Positions 33,997 through 46,465 of a stretch of DNA of 64,000 nucleotides are shown here, piece after piece. The position numbers and the translations under genes are program-made. Source of the stretch: Lepidodermella squamata (taxonomy: Eukaryota > Animalia > Gastrotricha); NCBI GenBank assembly GCA_047495785.1, contig JBLDXI010000010.1, forward strand, positions 1,054,001-1,118,000, read 5' to 3'. The notes under the pieces are model-generated. The model saw only the letters and a program-made list of their open reading frames with translations, made no database searches and had not been told where the DNA came from. Numbering within the stretch: the first letter of the stretch is position 1; each line of letters starts with the position of its first letter.

Positions 33997-36327
33997 ATGC
34001 TCACTAAATTTCTAGCCACTATCTGTTGTTTGACCTTCTTCCCATTTCATCGTGTTCAATGTCGCAAATACAAATTAGTATTACCGGTGATGCTTCAAAT
34101 GCAGAATTTTCCAACTTGCAGCGCAACGTATCACACCCTAGCTGGGATCATTAACTCGAAGGGAGAGATATTACCAGACTATGAACTTTCCGTCGATGCC
34201 AGGGATGTAGCTCTCACTTATGAGCGGCAAAACCGCATTGCCATCGACATTTTTGACTCGCCCGTTCCGAATAACACATTTATAGCGCCTATCATTACCG
34301 GAGCGGATAGCCTGTGTAATGAAGTTGCTATGACTCTTCGAGCCCTTGGTGTTGTCCAGATATCCATCGCCTGCAGCGGAGCCTACATAACATCACGCCG
34401 CAATCCTTACTACAACAATCTATACTCTGTAACGGCTCCGCTGATTCACAACAATTACGCGGCCCTTGAAGCTATTAAACAGATAGGGGCCTGGAAGAAA
34501 GTTGGTATTCTAACAACCTGGAGTAACAGGAATGGCCAAGTTGCTGCCCAGCAACTGCAAACTCTGCTAACCTCAAACGGAGTCAATGTGGCCCAGTATC
34601 TCAGTGTATTCAACATAACTAGTCTGACATCAGATGATGTCGCAACCTTAGCGGCTGTTAGAATTATCGTCGCAGTTCTACCGCTTGTTCAAGAGTGCAT
34701 AAGGCTGATGTGCGTTGCTTACGAAAATGGTCTAAGGCCTCCTAAATTCTTCATCATCATGGTAAATGGTGCCTGCTTACCGGTTGCAAATGATCCGAAG
34801 GTGTCATCAGGGTTATTCTGTGGTAAACAAGCGATTGATGTCATGCTAACGGGAATATTTTTCGCTGGAGCCCCAATCGATTCTGTGAAAGCCATTGGTA
34901 GAAGCTCTTTAAATCAGTCCATTGCGGATTTCGACCTTAATTTGAGAAACAAACTCGATTTCAAAATGGCCTTATCAGATTACTCAGCGCGTCTCAGCTG
35001 TTACGACGCCTTACTCGCAGCAATCCTCAGTCTCAACCAGTCCGAGCGAGTTCTGAGATCAAATTACAATCTCTCCCTCCGAGACTTCAAGGCACATCCT
35101 CTTACGATCTACAAGGTCATGAATGAAAGCGTTAGGAGTCTACAATTCGATGGCCTTCGAGCTGGCAGGATTCACATGGGTGGCAACAGTGGCATGCGGG
35201 ATGATCTATTCATAGCGCAAGCTTTTGACAGAAGAATTCGATACCTCGCACAACTCTCCGTCCAGGAAAAGGAGGATCCATCTTCAACAAGTTTTCTGCC
35301 CTACGAATACATCGCGATGAACTCACCAGTCTGGCCGACGAAATCTGGCGAACCTCCGAAAGACCTCAGCGAGATCGAAGTTGATTGGAATATTTGCAGC
35401 CTAAGCACTACCTTTTGCATGGTGTCACTTGCGGGTGTCGCTTTTATTGGAGAAGCTGCTATTTATATAAAATCAATTTCTACAGGAAGTACACCCTTTT
35501 ATGGGAAAGTCAAGAGAACTTTAGTTTTCGCCTCTTGCTTGCTACTCAATACATCCGGATTGTACTTAGTCATAGGACTAAGAGATCTTTCAATAATGGA
35601 CTGCCGGCTGGTGTCAGTTCTCATTGTTCTGGGGCTTACTCCCATTCATGCCGTAATTTTTGCTCAAATTCTTGCTTACGTCCGTTTGCTTGGCTTTGGG
35701 AATGCTATTGACGCCGTTCCCCAAGATAATTTAAGTTGCATGTTTGATTTTCTAGCTACGAGGACTCCCCGTGATACAATTAACATGCAAGCGATTCTGA
35801 CTAGTGTCATGGCTAAAACAAACTCAAGCCGACTGATCAGCTATCAGATATCCTTAATAATCCTCGTTCTTAGCCAACTCAGTGTTAACCTGTTACTTAT
35901 TTGGATTGGGTTCGATCCTTTAAAACTCGAGATTATAACTTCCGGAGTTTTGATTGACGATTATGATGGGAGGTCTTACGTTATAAAGACGCCTAACTGT
36001 CAGTCAGAGACAGGAAATTACTGGATTATAGCACTTCTAGGATTCCAATTTCTTATCATGATTGCTGCTAATGTCCTCTGCATGTTTAGAGGAACCATCA
36101 AAAAAATACCATGCAAGGCTATGCCAGCTTTCAAGCCCATGCGAATCGCGGCAGCTCACTCGATAATTTCGATAACTGGCGTAGTGTTGATCCTACTCAT
36201 TCTGAGCAACACACAGAACGCATGTGCGAGGAATTCTTTTCTCGGCGCAAGTTTCGTGTTCTACTCCCTTACCATGGCTTTTATTTTATTGATGATGCCC
36301 AATTTCTTCCTGAAGCAGGGTCATTAA
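33997..36327 (+). CDS. Intronless class C GPCR (GABA-B-like)
   Basis: ATG at 33997 begins a signal peptide; 'ILPDYEL', 'WPTKSGEPPKD', 7TM. Closest in-window relative is the 2..703 fragment. Confidence 0.92.
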   Translation: MLTKFLATICCLTFFPFHRVQCRKYKLVLPVMLQMQNFPTCSATYHTLAGIINSKGEILPDYELSVDARDVALTYERQNRIAIDIFDSPVPNNTFIAPIITGADSLCNEVAMTLRALGVVQISIACSGAYITSRRNPYYNNLYSVTAPLIHNNYAALEAIKQIGAWKKVGILTTWSNRNGQVAAQQLQTLLTSNGVNVAQYLSVFNITSLTSDDVATLAAVRIIVAVLPLVQECIRLMCVAYENGLRPPKFFIIMVNGACLPVANDPKVSSGLFCGKQAIDVMLTGIFFAGAPIDSVKAIGRSSLNQSIADFDLNLRNKLDFKMALSDYSARLSCYDALLAAILSLNQSERVLRSNYNLSLRDFKAHPLTIYKVMNESVRSLQFDGLRAGRIHMGGNSGMRDDLFIAQAFDRRIRYLAQLSVQEKEDPSSTSFLPYEYIAMNSPVWPTKSGEPPKDLSEIEVDWNICSLSTTFCMVSLAGVAFIGEAAIYIKSISTGSTPFYGKVKRTLVFASCLLLNTSGLYLVIGLRDLSIMDCRLVSVLIVLGLTPIHAVIFAQILAYVRLLGFGNAIDAVPQDNLSCMFDFLATRTPRDTINMQAILTSVMAKTNSSRLISYQISLIILVLSQLSVNLLLIWIGFDPLKLEIITSGVLIDDYDGRSYVIKTPNCQSETGNYWIIALLGFQFLIMIAANVLCMFRGTIKKIPCKAMPAFKPMRIAAAHSIISITGVVLILLILSNTQNACARNSFLGASFVFYSLTMAFILLMMPNFFLKQGH

Positions 36328-36595
36328 CTACTAATACTTTGGAAATCTGTGGAAATTATGTGTAGATTTTGTGAGTGTAATAAATTGCTATTATAATGAT
36401 ATCAGCTTTGCGGGATTTTAATGCAAAAGCTTGGGAGTTACTGCCGTGTTATTGCTATTAAAATCATTATTCTTAATTTCTGAGTGACACACGGTCCACA
36501 GGTGGTTCAGGTTGAAATGTAAACAAGCAGCCTTCACTTTCAGACTTATTTCTAAAACTAAAACCATATCCTAAATCTTGAACTGCTAAGAAATC

Positions 36596-39500
36596 ATGAA
36601 GGTTTTGAATCAAATTTTAATTTTTGTTGTGATCCTTTTTTTGTTGCCGATTTGTTATTGCATGTGGCCGCTCATCGACGTGGAAAATGACGATTACGCG
36701 TATTTCGACGAAACTCTTGTCGACAAAACACCGACTAAGTTGAACGAACCAGGTATTGATGAATGTCATCTAGCTGCTGAGGGTTTGGTACCAGATTATT
36801 TGGATTCCACCACCGAAAATCCCAGATTGGCAAAACGGAGGCTGTTTGCTCGCTCTAATCGTTTGAAAATCTATGAGCCAAAGTGCGAGTTTGCCAACAA
36901 ACGGACTGGCACCCCGCTTCATGTTGCTGTTTTTCATCGAAACAAAGACTACGTCGAGTTCTTGATCAACCAAAAGCTTACCAACGCTATGGCTCGTGAT
37001 AATCATGGCGCCACAGCTCTGCATATTCTTGCCGAATATGCGTCGAAGGAATACCCTGACAGAGACGCTGAAATCGCTAGAATAATGCTGAAGAAAAATC
37101 CTGATTTGATTGATACGCACGATGAACAGCATCGAACGCCTTTCTTACTCGCTGCGATGTCTGATTCGCTGAAGTTGGTCGAGTGTTTCCAGAAGGAGTA
37201 TGCCGCCTCGTCTATAGCTGAGACCATCAACGGCTACAATGCCCTACACCTGGTGAAAAGCTTTCAGGTAAGGCTTTTTCTAGTGAAGCATCTAAAACTT
37301 CCTTTATTTCGATTTTCAGGTTTTGCATGCCATCACAAGAGCACCTTGCAAGTTACTAGAACGGGTGAACGCAAAAACGGACGACTGCATCGAAGCGAAC
37401 GAGGATGAAGCTTGCCTGGGCACGCATGGTTTGACGCCACTTCATATTGCTGCTGTTGAGAAGAAGCCGATCGAAATTATCCGCTATCTCTTGGACAACA
37501 ACGCTGATCCGAATTCTGAGAACAACTATGCCCAGACAAGCCTCCATCTAGCTGTTAAGGCGAAATACGGCCGAGCTGCTGCTCTTTTAATCCGGAAAGG
37601 CGCGAAGCTTGGCCGCCAGGACTTTGAAGGTCGAACCCCGCTGATGCTAGCAGTCGAAGTTCGCCATCTTGATCTAGTCAAATTTCTGCTGTCAAAATAT
37701 CGCGATTTGTTGCTCCTCAACGCCAGGAATAAATTTCACAACGAGACTGCTGTTCACTTGGCTGTAAAATTGAACTTCACAGCAGCTTTGGCCGAACTGG
37801 TTGAAGCGCCTGGTATAGATTTGAATCTCAAGGACTCGAAGCAGAGAACGGCTTTGATACTCGCATTGGAAATGGAAAACGCAGAGGCTATCAAACTTTT
37901 GTCGAAAGCAAATTTTCATGAATCGGATGATCGGTCTGGCCGTGTTGATGACAACCAAGAAGATATGGCTATTTTGCAGGCCATTGAGACCAAGAAATTC
38001 GAAGGGGCGTTGATTCTTCTTCAAGAAGGTCGATTCAACCCGAATATTCGAAATGAACAAGGCCAAACAGCAGCTCATTTAGCTGTAAAGCACAACTTCA
38101 CGGAAGGTCTGCGTTTAATCGTCGAATCTGATCGAGCTGATTTGGCGATTCGAGACTCTGAGAATCGAACTGCTTTGCTTTATGCGTTCGAAATCGAAAA
38201 TTTTGCCGCTGCTATGATCCTCGCCACAGCTAGAACTGGAATTAACGAATCAGATTTCAGAACTGGATTGAGCCCACTTGCAATCGCTACTTTGAAGGGT
38301 TTCAGCAATCTTACAGTGAATCTGCTCGACAATGGAGCTGATGTTTTCGCAAAGGATCTGAATGGAAATAATGCTCTTCATCACGTGATTACGCAACGGA
38401 ATCCTGAGATGGCTGAGCTTTTCTTGAACACTCTGAACGAGACTCGGGATGAAACGGATGTCAGCGTACTTCTCCTATCCATCAATTCAATGAAGCGGAA
38501 CATTCTACACTTGGCTGTCACAAATAGCCATGAATCGCTTCGAATAATCAAAGCTCTAGTTGAAAGAATTCCCGCGGAAAGTTTTAAAACATTGCTGAAT
38601 TCCGTGGATACCTTTCATGAGACACCTCTCCATCGAGCTGTTACGCATGAGAACTTGGAAATTGTTCGTTTCTTCCTGAAAATTGGCGCTGATTGCTTAG
38701 TGGAGGATAACCGTGGTCTAACACCTGGTCAACTAGCGATGAGCCTCGGCTACTCCCATCTACGGGCTGAAATCTACAAATGGCCCCAATGTTTTGCGGA
38801 TTCTTGCTCGAATATCTCAATGCCTCGTGAAGTTGTGACTTGTGGTCAGATGCCTCAGATTGATAACGGCATTATAAGGGTGATTGGCAAATGCCTTTCA
38901 AATCAAGGCGAAATCGTCTGCGCGTTCGGTTATCAGGTTGAAGGATCCAGTGCTGTATCCTGTAAGGAAGATGGTCGATGGAGAATAAACGGGTACTGCA
39001 AAGGTCAGTTCCGAATATTTCCTATTCCAGTTAACATGAGGGTTTATTTGTAGAGTCTCCTTGTGGTCCTGTTCCTGATGTTCCGCACGGCCGAGTTACC
39101 ATTTCCAATGGTGCCATTCGCTGCTTCGACGGATTCTATCTCCAGGGTGGGTGCCGTCCTATATGCAATGACTGGACTAGACGATGGGAAATCGAGGGGA
39201 GATGTACGCCAGCAACTGAGCTGCTAGGTTGATTAGCCATTTTTCACTGCTTTATACAATTTTTGTTTTTGCAGAGGATAAGTGCTCATCTTACCTCAAG
39301 ATAATTGATGCGACTTGTGCTGACGGCAGTCTTCATGGCGGCGTCATTGAGCCTCGCGTTAATGAACTCGGAAACTATCTCAACAACGAAGAAGCGTGCT
39401 GGCTAATCGTTATCCCAAGTGGTCACAAATTACAGTAATAGCTTAATGTCTTCATCTGAAATCTGGACAGTATTTCTTATTTGTCTTTTCAGGTATTATT

Positions 39501-39778
39501 TCTCGAATTTTATCACTGAAGGTAAGGTTTTATCGTTTCAATGCGGAGTTGCTTATCAGATATACTTTCTAGTGGGACGCGATGTTCTGGCGATTTATGA
39601 TGGCCCCTCAACGAACTCTGCGCTATTATTTCGGGGAGACGGAAGTCGAATTACTGAAAATGAAACAATTTCGACTACTATGCTCCAAGATAGAAATGGA
39701 TTTTATTTGGTGCGCTTCACATCTGATGCTGGTATCCATTACTCAGGTTTCAAACTATACTGGTCGATTGATCAATAA
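36596..39778 (+). CDS. Secreted multi-ankyrin + 2 sushi/CCP + CUB protein, 6 exons
   Basis: Signal peptide; many TPLH/TALH repeats; C..P...NG..C..GY...G....C...W sushi units; CUB motifs 'YLNNEEACWLI', 'DVLAIYDGPS', 'VRFTSD..SGFKLYW'. First intron 37268-37319 is in frame. Confidence 0.85.
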
Positions 39779-40193
39779 TTTTCACGAGAATGGGACCCGT
39801 TATATATGTATAATCTACAATTTTGAATGATTAAATTGTCGCAAATCTTATGAATAAAGTCTCCTTCGATGCTCTTATGTAGAAATCAATTTTGCATTAT
39901 AAAGTCAATCGGGTTTTCTAATAGCTTCAAAACTATTTATGTACTTTTGCGCAATCGATTATAGCGTTCAGCGAATCGATTGAACTAGTTTCATAAACGT
40001 AGCAAAAAAGGGGGATAAACATGTCATAGCGGTTGCTATGCCGTCAACAATGTTTATGAAGCATAATGTAAATAAAGCAGCAATTTCCCATCGCGATTAA
40101 AGCGCCTTCCATTCAAAGAGATACAATTGCAGTCGAATGAGTGTGACAAAATATCATGGATCCAGTTTTGTCAAGTTTATGGTGTTAACAGTC

Positions 40194-42884
40194 TCAATGC
40201 GCGACCTTCAGCAAGTTGAGCTCGCATATGAACCACCTTCTGTTCGATGGGTTGTGTGCGTACCAAGTTGAAGAGCCGCTGCCGATCCACCATGAAACTA
40301 TTCCTCTTGTATTGGTAGCTGTTTGCCCCGCGTTGACGTCCCAATTTGTATAGTTCAAAGCCTGGCCTGGTTTCGACTCCCAGTACCACGTACCAGAAGC
40401 GCTTGTCAAACCCATCCACGACGACCACTGCTGGCCTTGTTTTCTACCTGTTCGTGAAAATTCTTATATTGTGAAGTGGGACAATGATTAAAAAAGTTAC
40501 GTCCGATTGAGGTCAACTGTCGATGAATGTAGTACTGCTCTTGAATCGAGTTGATCTCCAGCAGCTGCCAGCCATTCATTCGACAAATATTCATGGCATC
40601 GTCGTAAGTTGCGGCGAATGTGTAGTATTTGTAGCAGCTAATCCCGAACGACAGCTCACACCACTCTTTCATGGGCATCTGGCAAACCGTGTTGGCCTTT
40701 GACCATTTGCTGTAAGGGACCCAATTAAAATCGCCTGGGCTTTGAGTGTTTGGTGAAAGTATGGCAAAGGGCCTAGCAGGATCATTCATGTTTTGAACGT
40801 CACTGGTTCCCCAATCGGATTCAGCTGCAAATAAGCCAAGAGTTAAGAGTTAGGAATAAAGTTCAATTAACGTACGACACATTGGGATTGAAGGGCACAA
40901 AGCTGGTTGATTAGTGACGGAATCGACACACCAGGGTTCGGGGAAAACAGTCGGGTCAGGGTTGCGGCAATAGTTATGATTAATCGAGTAATCAACGAAT
41001 AGCTTCGTATCCGTGTAAGACGTTGTTGACCACAGCTTGCAGTTGTTGCCAGCTATCGTTGTTGATTGAAAGCCATGGTACTCGCGGCCATACGGGGTGA
41101 ATCTGCAGTTCAACGGCCAGCTGCTTGATATGGCTATACTACGAAAAATAAAATTGATCCAACTCGTTATCAAAGACTTACGCATCTCGCACGGTGGCGC
41201 TCCATATGGTACTGTAAGGCCATAGTCCGTAAGACAGGTAAACAGACCATAGCTATTTGAGTCTTGAAAGCCTGAGGCGATGAACTGGCCTTTCGTGGTA
41301 TCATTTGCTGGTGATCTAGTTCAGGAATGAATAATACTAGCCCTCTAACTGTGAGTAATCCTTACGAGCAGTATGGCATGTAGTCATTCGGGGGTACTAC
41401 AACTCCATCTGCAGTTACGTAGTTGGAACCGTTGTAAACGCCACTCAGCCATAACCAAGGCGTGCTACCACTGCGGCTAATAGAATATGTTGCTATCATG
41501 TTCGCCTTCCTCGCGCCATCTTCCGCCCTACATCCAAATATGATAATCCTAAGTGTAGGGTATTGGCGAAACTCACGCAGCTAATCTGGCGCCATAGCTT
41601 CGGCATATGGTAGTGGCATTATCGTAAGTTGTCCCTGTGTAAATCGGCGTAATCATGCAGCTGTCTCGAAACCGAAGCCCTAGCGGACAGGGACTATTAG
41701 GTATTACATCTAATCAGACAAATTCCTTTAAATTAGGATGTATTATAGAAATAGTAACAGCTCGCCTAGAATGGCGTAGATATCCGTAGCCGATGAACCT
41801 CCCGAATTAGTGCAGCTGGCGTATCTGTAACAGCAAGTCATGGTGTTCTTGTTCAGCATCGACGAAACACAAGTCGGGTAGTTCCTGCACATGGTACGAC
41901 ATTGCGATTCGGAATTCACCTTGACGCAGCCAATGTCGTAACCGACACAATCAGACTGTGGAATGACCGTTTCTCGAGGTCGGCCATCTATGATCAGATG
42001 AAATTAACTCAGTTGATACCTAGTTTGGTAAAATTACCAATGCGATGGTAAGTCCAATGTGATAGAACGGACCCAGTTGTTGGCGTGAATGGCCGGCTTC
42101 TTGAAAAATAGCATTGGCTTGAACTCGGTAACCATACGAAGGAGGTGCACTGGTCTTTCATACTCCCAGAGCAAACTCGAGCACACTCTCTCGGATCCAC
42201 GACATTGTTCATTGGATATCGCCCAGCTTGTTGTATGTAAGAACCAGGGTACGAAGCCTCATTCGCCATACCAAACGTCTTGATGTAGCCCGGAATTTCC
42301 TCAATCGGTCTCGCCCAATGATTACGGCTAAAGCGATTGTATCCAGACCAGAAATTGGATGTTGCCAAGTTCGGTTGGATCAGAGCAAGAAAGTTGTACA
42401 GGTTATCCCGCTGCTTCGGCGTTTGAAATGTCGGCAATTGGGACATGAATCGCTTCTCGCAGGTTGTCCAAGCATCGAAACGGTTAACAGCACCGGATAG
42501 GGTGTCTACAAAGTAGCAGGTTGAAGTTTCATAGTCTGTCAACCACCCAGCTGGGCAGAACTCTTTCCGATAGTAAATTTTGTATCCGTTAGGGTCGAAC
42601 TTCAGATTTCCGTCCCCAGGCAAGGGTGTTGATTGGTTGTTAGGGTGGGTGTAGATTTTGCACCACTCTTTGGATTTGCTGTAGGCGTATGAGTCGCACA
42701 TTGTCTCACCAGCTGCTTTCGTATAGCAATAGGCGATGCATTCGTGGCGATGGTTTGCTGGACCTTCGAAAACAGGATTAAGACCTACAGGTAGCATGTT
42801 CTGCAGATAATCTGCAGTAGCCCAATCATCAGCCAAGCATTGGCTAATACATAAGAGCAGGCAAGTTAGTACCAGTGTCGCCAT
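40194..42884 (-). CDS. Secreted PAN/apple + C-type lectin + kringle mosaic protein, copy A
   Basis: Signal peptide; PAN cysteine patterns; CTL motifs (CPAGW..CY, WMGL, FICE); kringle NYCRNPD..PWC. Multi-exon, with GC-AG intron 41710-41765. Confidence 0.88.
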
Positions 42885-44369
42885 TATATTTGTGGGATCG
42901 GTCGAACAAGTTTTTCCTCTGTTTACCGGCGAAATTCGCGAATGATCTTTGCGCAGATTGTTTTGCTCCTGAGGCTACTTCACACCACAGCTTTTCAGGA
43001 TCTTATTTATTTTAACACCTGGCATAAAAAAATTAAATGAACAATCCAAGCATGATGGGTTCGTATGATGAAAAAATTGATCGCAAGCGGCTCTACTCAG
43101 CTTGTTCACCGTGGTTCACCGTTGTTCACCTCAAATATTGATTGACAAGGAAGAACAAGAATTTCACATCGTTGTTCATCAAGCATGGTGCTAGCCTTGG
43201 CCTCGTTTCTTAGAAAAATTAGGTCGTTGGGCAGATGATTATTTATGGGAAACAACGCAAGAAGTATCGAAAAATCGTCGAAACTTTTCTTCGCTCCCAT
43301 GGGTACTTCAACCCACCTCAAACTTCACACCTTCTTCGTGAGAGAAATCGATACAAAATTGATTCGTGTTTATTGAAGCTAGGAAATTAGAAAATTTCCA
43401 ATCACAAAGTCTCCCCAAATTGTGGTTCAAATCGCAAATTTGAAACTCAAATCAACTCATTACGAGATGACTGTTATGTTGAAGAAAAAATGAATTCCGA
43501 ATTCCGATTTGAAGTAGTACGGTTGGAGAAAAGGTTTGCCGAAAATTTGTGGGTTTGCGACAGCAAAATGCGCGAATAAACACGCGCATTCTGTGAAAAG
43601 ATCCAGCTTAAAGAAAATTAGTGTTTCAAGTTTCAAGTTTCCAACGTGAGTTTACTCTTTCATTCTCTAATAATCAGACGAGATGAGACCCGGTATTGAT
43701 TTTGCCGTCATTGTTTGAACTGTTTTATTGTTAAAACTGGGGAATGATCGAGTCTTTGCATAAATGCTTTGTCCCTATAGTTGCAGCGCATGTTAGCTTT
43801 TGATAACATTATTTACTCTAACCAATTCATTCACACAAACATGAATATAATTTGTTTAATGATCCAGGCAAAAACTGGGTATAGGCTTTTTGAGGCAAAA
43901 AATCGAGCGAGTTTATAATTATTCATTCCTATACTGGCAATCACCATAACGCAGAAAATTGACTTGCAATCGACCATCACGGACCAACCACTAACAAACG
44001 GTGGAGGCTAAAGAAAAGCTTTCATTGTTTCATTGTATCGACAGGTAGCGAGTTTACAGTTCGTATAAAAAAATTATTGAGTTATAAAAATGTTGAAAAA
44101 TGTCATTGTTCATTATGCTATACGCACACGGTACACGGGCATGAACGTGAATCGCGAACAGTGAATGATACCTGCTCACAAACTATCGCTCATAATTCGT
44201 GTTTCATGCGGTGATTTTTGTGTGTGCGTGACTTGTCGATCGAAAACACTGGTCACAGGAACTTGGATGCTGATTTAGCATGGTCAGAGCTAGACCACTA
44301 CATGGAGTTTGGGTTGCTGAACGGGTTCTGTTAATTTTAACTCCAATCTTTACCGTAAATACCGTTAAA

Positions 44370-44706
44370 TACCGTATTTCATCGAATAGTATCCTACCTC
44401 CTACCCCAAATAATAACCCGCCTCGAATAATGCCAGGCGGCTGAAAATCAGGGTGGAGCCTAGAAAATCATGTGGCCTGCAATGATTAGGAATAGTTTTT
44501 CGACTGCAGAATCAATACCTACTGCATGAAAGGTTTGGGTAGTTCAAAAACCTATGGGCTTGATTAAAGTGATGATGTGACATTTCGGGATTCATAATTG
44601 CCTCCCTCGAACAATTGCCCGATTTTTTCTCACCCTTTTTCGAGTTCGGAAACAAATACTAATTGGAGTAGGTAGTGATGCTCCGTATTATTCGATAATT
44701 AAGGTA
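44370..44706. mobile_element. Degenerate MITE, TA-CCGTA-type ends (Tc1/mariner/pogo-like)
   Basis: TACCGTATTTCATCGAATAGTA ... TATTATTCGATAATTAAGGTA form imperfect inverted termini. Confidence 0.4.
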
Positions 44707-45319
44707 ATCACAAAGGCCAATGCTGAACATAACAGTGGAAACATAGGCAGGCAGTCGACCAAGTTAAGAGCTAATCATTTTATCGTTCAAGACAGTGGAA
44801 ACTGTGGTGACTTTGAAACTGAAATCGATTTATTAAGAAAAAACCAGCACAAGAAACTAAAGAATCTATTCCATAACCTGATACGTGATACCTGATACAC
44901 GCAATAATCGCGTTTTTGTTTATTAAAAGAGGAAAAAATCACTAAAATCAACAGTTTTGTGATTGTGTAACAAATCTCGTAGCAAGGCCAGGGTTGAGGA
45001 GCCTCCGGATTTTGTTGTGTTTTGCCGCCGGAACTTCTTTTTAGCACCATAATATGTTAACCATCAGCCAACATTTTATTCTTCAGCAAATCTTCCTTTT
45101 CCCAGCTCGAAATAACGACAATAACGGAAGGCTTTGCGTTATTGTATCCCGGCGAACTCACAAGCGTGCGTGCTCCTCGGCTGTGGACTCGGGACCCACA
45201 TCAATCGGCGCGGCTTGACTGAAGGGCAGTTTTCACGGCGCGAATCGACCGCAGATGTCGATCTTCCCCGAATAGATATTGGAAACAAGCATTATAATCA
45301 ATATCGCAAATACTGCTTC

Positions 45320-45800
45320 ACATTCGTACCTGCTCATCGCTCCAAATGCACGCTTTTTTGGCTTCCATTTCACATTTGGCTTCTTCGGTCAGCATACGCG
45401 GCAATTTATCGCCCGAGTTCTTGATGGGCTTATGCCGATGGCTCTCTTGGGTTTCATACAAGGCAAGGCTAACTTTCTTCTCCTCCTTCAAGAAAGATCG
45501 CGCAGGACAACTACTAAGGAAATTAACAATTCAGTTGATGAGAATATTCTGGAATAACTCTCTTACGAGTGATATCATGCAGCCTTGTTGGCAAACTTGT
45601 ATCGGTAGAAGAGATACAAGTTTGCGTAAAAGACTTTTCGACAGCTGCTCTCATTAAAGAAGTCGGAACCCTCGGAGGTATACGTGGGATACTTTGCTTG
45701 CATTTCGTCCTGTGCCTGCATGAATGACTTCTTGAACTGCCAAACCAGCGCGTGTCTCACTCTCGCCGCGGGTGATTGCCTCGCCAAATTTCATGAGCCA
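45320..45800 (-). pseudogene. Possible degenerate MULE/WRKY-like zinc-finger (transposase) relic
   Basis: Fragments in shifting frames: YR..CQQGC ... LYETQESHRH (C..C..HxH), interrupted by stops and frameshifts. Confidence 0.2.
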
Positions 45801-46465
45801 AAGTAATCCCGAAATGAACGCTGAATCGATATCTTAGCTTCAAAAATACTTGTCTAACATTATTTTTCAATTCTGAAACAACAATATGGACGTAAAAAAG
45901 CTGGCTGAATCTGCCTACCAGGCTTCACGGCGTTGACTAGACCTGAACTAAATAATTCGCCCATCAATTGTTTGCCGTCATGCAGTTTAAATTTAAACGG
46001 CGATTAGCAATCTTAAGTCGCAGCTGCTATAATAGGTTCAGGCCACACTGTATTACGTGGAGCTCATTAGGCGCGCATGAGCTAGCGTAACTAGTCGACG
46101 TGTTGTATCAGTACTTTGCCAGTACAACTAATTGGTATCATTTACACGTGACGATTTTTTTTGCTTTCCTGGTCGCCTAATTTACCACTGACACTTATCG
46201 TAATCACTCGAAAAACTACATGCGAAATTATTGAATTGAAAAGATATTCTTGACATTGACAGATATCCTTCGATAACAATTTGGGACGTTTCGGCGGCCT
46301 GGATACCTGACTCGCCTATTTTAACATTTGAAAACCTTCAGAAATCACGCAATTGCGCATGCGCTGTGCCCAAAATATGTCTGGCATGATTCTCGGCAGC
46401 TTTAAATACCGGCAAAATGTGCCAGAAGCCTCAGTCTCTTCTTTTTTCTTTTCACAATTCTTCAG

